Source of the DNA: Minisyncoccota bacterium
GTDB taxonomy: Bacteria > Patescibacteriota > Minisyncoccia > Phycocordibacterales > UBA918
Assembly (NCBI GenBank): GCA_937975855.1
Contig: CALJTT010000003.1
Span: 26,901 to 90,900 of the forward strand
Direction of reading: 5' to 3'
Length of the DNA: 64,000 nucleotides
Made by a program: the position numbers and the translations under genes
Shown: piece by piece, positions 43,801 through 49,914 of the stretch
How positions within the stretch are numbered: the stretch's first letter is position 1
Layout: each line of letters starts with the position of its first letter
Notes under the pieces: model-generated
What the model was told of the DNA's origin: nothing
Database searches by the model: none
What the model saw: the letters and a program-made list of their open reading frames with translations, nothing else

Positions 43801-45417
43801 ACTCAAATTACCGAAAATAGCATCTCCAATATTGAGCTGATTAGAGCCGGTGTTATTTGGAGCCTCAACATCGTAGCCAATAAGTATATTGTTTGAGCCA
43901 GTCGTTAAGGAGTCACCCACCCTGTACCCTAAAAAAAGGTTACTAGAACCAGTAGTCAGGTTTTCGCCTGCGTAAGCCCCCAAACCCGTGTTGCCGGAGC
44001 TTGACGTACTCAGATAAAAAACTGATGAACCGATCGCTGTGTTATTTGAACCCTCCTCATTGCCAGATAGTGCAATGAAACCAACCGCAGTGTTGTCAAA
44101 TCCAGTAGTATTGTTGGCGAGTGATCCTGATCCAAAAGCGGTCAAATCGTAACCTGTGGTGTTAAAACTAAAGACATTGTCAGTTAAGCCAAAATTACCA
44201 GCCCCTGAGTCATTGTGTAAAATTGGAGTCCCGTTTTGGGTAATTAAGACATGACTGGTGGTAGCTAAATTTAATTGACCACCTACCGACAAGATATCAC
44301 CATCAAACGTCAAATCAGCCGAATCAGTCAGTGCTGTCGCTCCACTGTTTGTGAAAGTAATCCGGTTAGCTGTGAACGAACTTTGGCTGTCGGTAAGAGA
44401 TAAGAAAGTTGACGCTCCCCCAATCCCAAGCGTACTAGTCGCCACCCACTCAAGACCAGAGCCGGTAGTCTGCAAGACCTGGCCGTTGGTGCCGCGAGTA
44501 TAGTTGTTGTCGTATATACCGGCAGCGAACAGAGCGTCCCCATCGACAGTGAGAGTATACAAGGGGGAGGTGGTGGATAGACCAATATTGCCATTTTGTC
44601 TTATGTATAGGGAAGAAGACAAACCATCTGGTCGAAAGAAGTTTGTATTCCCATCGTCTTCAAAAAGAACGACACCAGCCCCATCTCGTTGAAGTCTGAG
44701 GCCGGGCGTATTTGCTTCAAATGTCCATTTTTCACCACCTAGGGCTGTATTTTGAAGGGTTAAGTCTGGAGAGGCGCCAGCTACGTGTAGCATACTAGCT
44801 GGCGAACTCGTTCCAATCCCTACATTTCCCCCATCTGTTACCGTAAATACTTTGGTTCCGCTATCCAATAGACTAAGAATGTCTCCCGTACCTGACTGGT
44901 TGATAGTAAGTAGTGTCGATGACTCGGTAGCTGTCATAACATCCGCCTGGTCTGAGCGTAAAAAAGACGAAGACGCGATACCGTCTAATAATACACTGTC
45001 GTTTGCGGTCTGAGCCACAAATGCTGCCGGCACTGTGCCGAGAATCTTTCGCGGCGTCATTTCCCCGTCACTATCGATGTTTACACCCAGGTACAACGTC
45101 TGGTCAAAGTCTACACTCGTAAACGCCGTAGTCGATCCCAGCATGACCGAGAACAGACCGTTTACTACCGGTACCTGATTTGCACCAACGAGAGTTTCCG
45201 TCCAAATAGCAGACCCACCAGAGGCAGCGGTATACAGCCTGAACTCCATGTCGTAACTGCCGTTTGCGACAGCCACACCGGTCGAGTCAGTTAGCTTCCC
45301 TTGATAGTTGATCTGCGGATTCGCCTGCGCAAATACTGTAAGCGCAACAAAAAACAACGACAGTCCAAACGCACACATGGCATATTTTATGAAAACTGAT
45401 GTGTATGATTTACTCAT
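40825..45417 (-). CDS. Giant tail-fibre-like surface protein with a C-terminal S74-type intramolecular chaperone domain
   Basis: Start at ATG 45417 (MSKSYTSVFIKYAMCAFGLSLFFVALTVFAQA), 8-nt overlap with the upstream gene. Four copies of GNIGIGTT(S/T)P..KL.V.GD. Repeated NTA(I/M)G-type short beta-repeats. SDERLKTNIDPL...GLIAQDVEEQFPELV...VDFRSLPFYILEALREM matches the phage tail-spike/endosialidase chaperone (Peptidase_S74) pattern. Then a coiled coil and an about 150-aa acidic tail. Confidence 0.8.
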   Translation of the reverse strand: MSKSYTSVFIKYAMCAFGLSLFFVALTVFAQANPQINYQGKLTDSTGVAVANGSYDMEFRLYTAASGGSAIWTETLVGANQVPVVNGLFSVMLGSTTAFTSVDFDQTLYLGVNIDSDGEMTPRKILGTVPAAFVAQTANDSVLLDGIASSSFLRSDQADVMTATESSTLLTINQSGTGDILSLLDSGTKVFTVTDGGNVGIGTSSPASMLHVAGASPDLTLQNTALGGEKWTFEANTPGLRLQRDGAGVVLFEDDGNTNFFRPDGLSSSLYIRQNGNIGLSTTSPLYTLTVDGDALFAAGIYDNNYTRGTNGQVLQTTGSGLEWVATSTLGIGGASTFLSLTDSQSSFTANRITFTNSGATALTDSADLTFDGDILSVGGQLNLATTSHVLITQNGTPILHNDSGAGNFGLTDNVFSFNTTGYDLTAFGSGSLANNTTGFDNTAVGFIALSGNEEGSNNTAIGSSVFYLSTSSSGNTGLGAYAGENLTTGSSNLFLGYRVGDSLTTGSNNILIGYDVEAPNNTGSNQLNIGDAIFGNLSTGNIGIGTTTPFTKLTVAGDAMFTGGLYDNAYSAGTNGQLLSSTGAGIDWVDANAALSGVLAINDLSDGLYNGTSDSLALGEDAGNAFNAAGLGNIAIGYQAGFESGSTTDSDRITLIGYQAGYENTGADNTAMGYNSLFSNKGDNATAIGVNAAVSNTGGSLTAMGVNAGEGNRGNGLTAMGVNSAFNNTGTALTAVGVNSAYKNVGTGVSAFGHSTLRYISTSTAATVFGYQAGQGDLGGAEVANLTAFGYRAGRSLQTGADNNLFIGFEAGKNVTTGSDNILIGYSAETSSPIASEELNIGNVLFSDLSTGFVGIGTSSPAAGLHIQTQNSPTGRDPSNSADDFLIDQTGNAGMTILSGNSAVGSIYFGDIENSSRGRLAYNHSDDDFSLWTNSIERLTIDSSGNIGIGTTTPFTKLTVDGNAMLTGSLYDNAYSAGTVGQLFSSNGSGVEWTDASSALSETLSVDDLTDGIYNVTSDSLALGVSAGNSFNGTGLDNVALGYFAGYESGSTTVSDQITVVGSEAGYQNLGDSLSAFGTVSAYQNTGSSVSAFGRNSAYQNKGDFVSAFGQNSAFENTGSSVSAFGRNSAYQNTSNFVSAFGYNTLRNISTSTAATVFGYQTGRGAVVGAEVANLTAFGYQSGLSLETGADNNIFIGHQAGRNHKTGSDNVLIGYSVEATSPTASHQLNIADAIFGDLITGNIGIGTTTPAQKLQVYGDIRVGNSGTNGCIEDFAGGNIGGTCTSDERLKTNIDPLSSDGRSYIERLVALDPVTYQWNELAADTYKKSQASVVTGLIAQDVEEQFPELVSRNNDGYRQVDFRSLPFYILEALREMWEVVTGNTERVDLLEKENKDLRSRLEAIESQLGTSVSAPTVIGEDPEPVIESEEEGLGVIAEEVDSEPATISASNTDTQAEEDPVVVNMPEEIEGEATTTASVLPETLIEEALSPAESSDEEVVIDENVPEENLVESESEIPVETDEIVEEETV
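41960..42200 (-). repeat. In-frame 48-nt (16-aa) tandem repeats with a 54-nt block duplicated exactly at 96-nt spacing
   Basis: 42011-42064 is identical to 42107-42160. Encodes VSAFG(R/Q)NSA(Y/F)(Q/E)N(T/K)G.. units. A diverged block of the same 16-aa unit lies at about 43200-43400. Confidence 0.85.
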
Positions 45418-45976
45418 GGTTGATGTAGGTCCATTGTGCCTGAGTAATCGGATGCTCGACAAAACGTTTTTGTTCCGCCCTTACTTCATCGGTCTCTGAA
45501 AAGATCGGCCGTAAACTATCGCTAGGTTGATTGGGAAGATCACTGACGTTTTGTGTGACCACAACCGACGCCGTATTATTTTGCATATCCCCCGGCACAG
45601 CATTGAAAAAATAAAAACCTGCTACTCCTCCTGCCAAAAACATCCCTAGTGTAAGAGCGTGAGCATAGACATGGCTGTGAGATTTTTCTACAGACTGATC
45701 CGTTTGCTTTGTATACGTTTTTTTCTTTTGCACTTCCTCATTTGCCAACTGCTCGTGCTTTGTTCGTAGATCACTATCTTGATCCCTCACTAACATGTAA
45801 GAACGGAAAGAGTCATCGTTTACATACCATTGCTGGTTAATCTCAACAGCTTTAATTTTATGATCTTTAGCCAGCTGTGTAACGTATTCACCAGAACAAG
45901 AAAAAACCTCTGCAACAGTTTGTACAGCGATGAAATTTTGGTCGTTTATGTTGATACTGCCCGGTACAAACTTCAC
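45410..45976 (-). CDS. Membrane-tethered protein with an N-terminal HTH-like (excisionase/MerR-like) domain
   Basis: GTG start at 45976 with TATAAAAT 6-8 nt upstream. N-terminus IAVQTVAEVFSCSGEYVTQLAKDHKIKAVEINQQWYVNDDSF, one TM (ALTLGMFLAGGVAGFYFF) and a short C-terminal tail. Confidence 0.55.
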   Translation of the reverse strand: MKFVPGSININDQNFIAVQTVAEVFSCSGEYVTQLAKDHKIKAVEINQQWYVNDDSFRSYMLVRDQDSDLRTKHEQLANEEVQKKKTYTKQTDQSVEKSHSHVYAHALTLGMFLAGGVAGFYFFNAVPGDMQNNTASVVVTQNVSDLPNQPSDSLRPIFSETDEVRAEQKRFVEHPITQAQWTYINHE

Positions 45977-46028
45977 ATATACATTTTATAGGTAAAGGAG
46001 CCCAAAAAAGATGCCCGGTGTGTATAAA

Positions 46029-47051
46029 CTAGTCGCCGATCAATTGCTCAAAAAACTTCTGTGGATCAAGTCGCACGCTGTTAGTATGCCCTTCACCCGT
46101 AATAGTAACTTCAGTTTCCAGCATCAAGAGAAACAATCCCACAATCATAGAGACCAGCACTAAAGACAACGCTTGCCACAGACTAAGACCCTTTTTGTTA
46201 GCCTTAGCTTCGTCAGGGCTAACTATGTACAAATCACCAGAATCCGATTCTTCATAAAACTCGTCAGCAAGTTTCTCAGGTACAACTAAATCAAGATCCG
46301 GATCATGTTCATACTCAGCGGGCAAGTCCGTCTCCTCAATAGCTTCAGAAATATCAGCACTCTCCTCAATCTCGCTAGACAAAACTTCCTCTTCAACAAC
46401 CACATCTTCAGTTTCAGTGACCGCGGTTTCTCCAACAGGAGTTTCAGGCACCAAGTCTTCTTCTGGTGGCGGAAATTCCCGAGATTCTTTCACAGAAAGC
46501 TTGCCAGACAAGGATATCTCGGGTAGTTTTTCACTCTTAAATTTTGTTTGTTTATTTGCCGAAGATACAGGCACAGTTACCGCAGGAGTCCGTTCGACTA
46601 CGACAGTTTTTTTGCCGAGATCTTTTGTTACGTCAGGATGTTCTACCTTACTCTTCAGAATAGGAACAAGGACTCCTTCGTCAGAAGCGTAAGTTGCACC
46701 CACAGAATCAGACGATCGCACCGTACGACCCTGGCGAGATAGTCTGGCGGTTTTAGAACGTAACATCGGCTCGACACTCTTAGAAGACTTACGCCTCATC
46801 GTACTTTCCTTCTTTCTAGGGGTCGCGGGCTTGGCTTTGACAGCAACAGCCCCCTCTTTTAGAGCTTGATGTTTGGTCTGCCTATAGGCAGAGACTGAGA
46901 ACGGATCTACATACCAGACGCGGCCAACGCGCCTAGCGTCGACTTTTTTAGAGCGACAAAGCTGGCCCACGTAATCTTGAGTATAACGAAACTTCTTCGC
47001 GATCTCTGACGCTCTTAAATATTCTTTCCCGCTGAAGACGATCCTTTGCAC
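46029..47051 (-). CDS. Membrane-tethered protein with an N-terminal HTH-like domain (paralogous N-terminus)
   Basis: EYLRASEIAKKFRYTQDYVGQLCRSKKVDARRVGRVWYVDPFSV, a long charged linker and a TM (ALSLVLVSMIVGLFLLML). The ORF track starts at TTG 47075. I prefer GTG 47051 because TGGTACAAT lies 7 nt upstream of it. Confidence 0.55.
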   Translation of the reverse strand: MQRIVFSGKEYLRASEIAKKFRYTQDYVGQLCRSKKVDARRVGRVWYVDPFSVSAYRQTKHQALKEGAVAVKAKPATPRKKESTMRRKSSKSVEPMLRSKTARLSRQGRTVRSSDSVGATYASDEGVLVPILKSKVEHPDVTKDLGKKTVVVERTPAVTVPVSSANKQTKFKSEKLPEISLSGKLSVKESREFPPPEEDLVPETPVGETAVTETEDVVVEEEVLSSEIEESADISEAIEETDLPAEYEHDPDLDLVVPEKLADEFYEESDSGDLYIVSPDEAKANKKGLSLWQALSLVLVSMIVGLFLLMLETEVTITGEGHTNSVRLDPQKFFEQLIGD

Positions 47052-47058
47052 TGGGGTA

Positions 47059-47067
47059 ATTGTACCA
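47059..47067 (-). promoter_or_regulatory. Extended -10 TGGTACAAT, 7 nt upstream of GTG 47051 (leaderless candidate, head of the surface locus)
   Basis: Minus-strand TGGTACAAT-tacccca-GTG. Confidence 0.4.
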
Positions 47068-47111
47068 GATGGCAAAATTTAATCTGATCAAATATGGGGA
47101 GAAAAGGTGGA

Positions 47112-48524
47112 TTACTTATTTATCTCGGCTAAGAAAAGCTTCTCGAGAGCCTGAGGGTTAGCCGTCCCCTTAGTCAACTTCATACCCTGACCAACAAGGT
47201 ACTTCAGAACACTTTCTTTCCCAGAGCGAAGCTCTTCTACTTGGGTTGGGTTCTGAGAAATGATGTCAGCAACTACAGGCAGCAGTGCACTATCGTCAGA
47301 AAGCTGGACCAAACCTGCTTCTTTTACATACTCGGCTACAGATCCAGTCAATGTAGGCAGCTTTGGCAATACATCCTTTGTTGTACGCGAGCCAATATCA
47401 CCCTTCAAGGTAATCTGCATCAGTTCCAAAAGTAGTTCCGCTGGAACAGACGCAACATCAACAACTCCCTCGGCTCGCAAACGAACCATATCAACTGACA
47501 AGTAGTTGCTAGTAAGACTAAGTAGATCAGAGTCCTCAGACAAATCAGCAACCTTGGCGAACAAAGTATCTAGTTCTCTATCCGAGATAATGATGTCGGC
47601 GATGTCATCCGAGATACGATATTTCTTATATTTAAGCCTTTTCTCGGCCGGCAAAACTGGAATTCGATTCGTCAGTGACTCTGGTGAAAAGTCTGCGACC
47701 TCAGTTGTCTTTATTTTTGGAATGTCTGGATCCGGGAAGTATCGGTATTCCATAGCCGACTCTTTCTTGCGCTGCGAAAATGTGCAGTTCTTGTTCTCAT
47801 CCCAGCCACGAGTTTCTTGGACCAAGGTGTCACCCGCTTCGAGAACCTTCCTCTGTCTTGCAACCTCGTACTCGATAGCTGCCTCGACAGCCTTAAAAGA
47901 GTTGATGTTCTTAACCTCAACTTTAGTCCCAAGTTTGTCAGTATCACTAATTGATATGTTGGCTTCGATACGCATCTCTCCCCTTTCCATATTTGCACCT
48001 GATATATCTAAGGTCTGTAACAAAAGCTGCAGCTCACGGCCAAAGTTTCCGGCAGTAGCTGCGTCATGGATGACCGGCTCGGTCACCAACTCCATTAAAG
48101 GAACTCCAGCTCGGTTAAAATCGACCAAGCTTGAGTCCGTTAACTCGTGAGAGCTACGGGCGGTATCTTCTTCCAAATGAACACGCGTCAACTCAACTCC
48201 ATTTATTTCTCCACCGGTAAGAAATGGAAACTGGTACTGACTGACCTGGTATGCCTTTGGAATGTCTGGATAAAAATAGTTCTTGCGATCGAACTCTGAG
48301 TAGTCTGCCCGGGTTGCGCCAACCGCTTGTCCAAAAGTCATGACCATAGCGATCGCCTCTTTGTTTGGAACTGGAAGAGTTCCAGGGTGAGCCATACAAA
48401 CCGGGCAAGTATGCGCGTTAGGCTCACTTTCATGCGGCTGATTTTTGCAACCACAAAACATTTTTGAATTTGTAGATAGCTCGGCGTGAACTTCTAGTCC
48501 AATTGTTGTTGTGTAGGTTTTCAT
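47112..48524 (-). CDS. gatB: Asp/Glu-tRNA(Asn/Gln) amidotransferase subunit B
   Basis: TIGLEVHAELSTNSKMFCGC, YFYPDIPKAYQVSQ, C-terminal YqeY-like domain. Confidence 0.9.
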   Translation of the reverse strand: MKTYTTTIGLEVHAELSTNSKMFCGCKNQPHESEPNAHTCPVCMAHPGTLPVPNKEAIAMVMTFGQAVGATRADYSEFDRKNYFYPDIPKAYQVSQYQFPFLTGGEINGVELTRVHLEEDTARSSHELTDSSLVDFNRAGVPLMELVTEPVIHDAATAGNFGRELQLLLQTLDISGANMERGEMRIEANISISDTDKLGTKVEVKNINSFKAVEAAIEYEVARQRKVLEAGDTLVQETRGWDENKNCTFSQRKKESAMEYRYFPDPDIPKIKTTEVADFSPESLTNRIPVLPAEKRLKYKKYRISDDIADIIISDRELDTLFAKVADLSEDSDLLSLTSNYLSVDMVRLRAEGVVDVASVPAELLLELMQITLKGDIGSRTTKDVLPKLPTLTGSVAEYVKEAGLVQLSDDSALLPVVADIISQNPTQVEELRSGKESVLKYLVGQGMKLTKGTANPQALEKLFLAEINK

Positions 48525-48536
48525 ATTGTGATCAAA

Positions 48537-49514
48537 CTATTCTTCATTTTCTTCCGACAGTCGTTGTACAAGACTGTCTCTTAATTCTTTTATTGAATCT
48601 GGGTCAGTTTCAGAAATAACAAAGACACGATTTTTAAATAAAGCAAGACTTTTAACCCTGTCTTCAATATAAGCTTTGTCTACAAGGTCACTTTTGGTTA
48701 AAACAATCCACTCTTCCTTTTCAGCAAGTCCGTTTCCAAAAGTTGATAGCTCATTTCTAATGGTAGAATATGCATTCTCGACGTTTTCATCCTCTAGAGA
48801 TATAAGATGCAACAGCATCTTTGTGCGTGACACGTGCCGCAAAAACTTGTGCCCGAGCCCCTTGCCTGTAGCCGCACCCTCGATCAGACCAGGAATGTCA
48901 GCAATCGTGCGTCCGTAGAAACTTCCGAGGTGTGGCTCAAGGGTTGTGAACGGGTACGCTCCAATAGCAGACGTGGCGTTGGTCAGATTGTTAAGCAAGG
49001 TCGATTTGCCAGCGTTAGGAAATCCAATCAGACCAACATCAACTCCCAAAGAAACCTCCACCAGAAAATTTCCACCCTCTCCGGGGCTACCTTTAGTGGA
49101 CTCTACCGGACTCTGGTTAGTTGAAGATTTAAAATGCTCATTGCCGAGACCTCCTCTTCCTCCTCTAAGGATTTTTATTTCCTCACCAACACGTTCCACC
49201 TCATACACTCGCTCACGTTCAAGATCAGTTACTTTTGATCCTATCGGAACATCAATAAAAAAATCTACCCCGCCACTTCCGTGTTGCGATTGATTTGTTC
49301 CGTTCTCTCCTAACTCAGCTGCAAAGTGGTTATTCCCGGTGTACTTGGCCAAGCGGTTCATATCTTGAACACCCCTGACGTACACGTCGCCTCCGTTACC
49401 ACCGTTGCCTCCGGCTGGACCAGCTTTCGGTCTATATTTTTCTTGCCTCCATCTAACGACTCCTTGACCTCCGTCGCCAGCTTTAGCTGTTATTTCTAAT
49501 TCGTCTACAAACAT
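48537..49514 (-). CDS. obg: GTPase Obg/CgtA
   Basis: FVDELEITAKAGDGGQG and Gly-rich Obg fold. G1 GFPNAGKST, G3 DIPGLIEGA, G4 TKSD. Confidence 0.9.
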   Translation of the reverse strand: MFVDELEITAKAGDGGQGVVRWRQEKYRPKAGPAGGNGGNGGDVYVRGVQDMNRLAKYTGNNHFAAELGENGTNQSQHGSGGVDFFIDVPIGSKVTDLERERVYEVERVGEEIKILRGGRGGLGNEHFKSSTNQSPVESTKGSPGEGGNFLVEVSLGVDVGLIGFPNAGKSTLLNNLTNATSAIGAYPFTTLEPHLGSFYGRTIADIPGLIEGAATGKGLGHKFLRHVSRTKMLLHLISLEDENVENAYSTIRNELSTFGNGLAEKEEWIVLTKSDLVDKAYIEDRVKSLALFKNRVFVISETDPDSIKELRDSLVQRLSEENEE

Positions 49515-49554
49515 GGTCAATACCATACCTCACTGCCCCCAATGCAGCAATGTT

Positions 49555-49890
49555 TTACTTTAGCCACTGAGCTCCCAAGGTGCTGGAAACTGTCAAAATA
49601 AGTGACCCAATCAGTGCAGGGACAAAGCCTTCTACTGTAAATCCTTCCAAAAACGAGGCCGCGAAGAGAAAAAGGCCAGCATTTACGATAAAGGTAAAAA
49701 GGCCCAGTGTGATAATAGTAATCGGTAATGTGAGCACCAGCAACACCGGACGCACTACTGCATTAAGTAGCCCGAGGACCAACACCGCAATTCCAGCATT
49801 ATATGCGGATTCAACCGAAACTCCTGCGACGTACTCTGACATCAACAGCAAGACTAGAACGCTAAGTAGAAAACGGGCAACAAAACTCAT
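49555..49890 (-). CDS. YvlD/DUF360 (Phage_holin_4_2-type) four-TM membrane protein
   Basis: LGLLNAVVRPVLLVLTLPITIITLGLFTFIVNA closely follows the YvlD-family core. Confidence 0.7.
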   Translation of the reverse strand: MSFVARFLLSVLVLLLMSEYVAGVSVESAYNAGIAVLVLGLLNAVVRPVLLVLTLPITIITLGLFTFIVNAGLFLFAASFLEGFTVEGFVPALIGSLILTVSSTLGAQWLK

Positions 49891-49896
49891 GACTCA

Positions 49897-49905
49897 ATTA
49901 TAGCA
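49897..49905 (-). promoter_or_regulatory. Extended -10 TGCTATAAT, 6 nt upstream of ATG 49890 (leaderless candidate)
   Basis: Minus-strand TGCTATAAT-tgagtc-ATG. Confidence 0.5.
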
Positions 49906-49914
49906 AAGTAGAAG

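Noticed and set aside
47506-48150. 214-aa plus-strand ORF, together with similar long ORFs at 20783-21256, 16022-16603, 1581-2111 and 24204-24665
   Set aside because: Each lies antisense to a well-supported conserved gene (gatB, tsf, the PEGA-like gene, dnaE, the lytic transglycosylase-like gene). Their products are Ser/Arg/Leu-rich low-complexity sequences typical of shadow ORFs, and none has promoter or start signals.
40825-49890. A prophage, suggested by the tail-fibre/S74 chaperone gene and a 'phage holin 4_2'-type gene (49555-49890)
   Set aside because: There are no capsid, portal, terminase, tail-tube, integrase or lysin genes. The two genes are separated by gatB and obg. The YvlD/DUF360 family is widespread as a chromosomal membrane protein.
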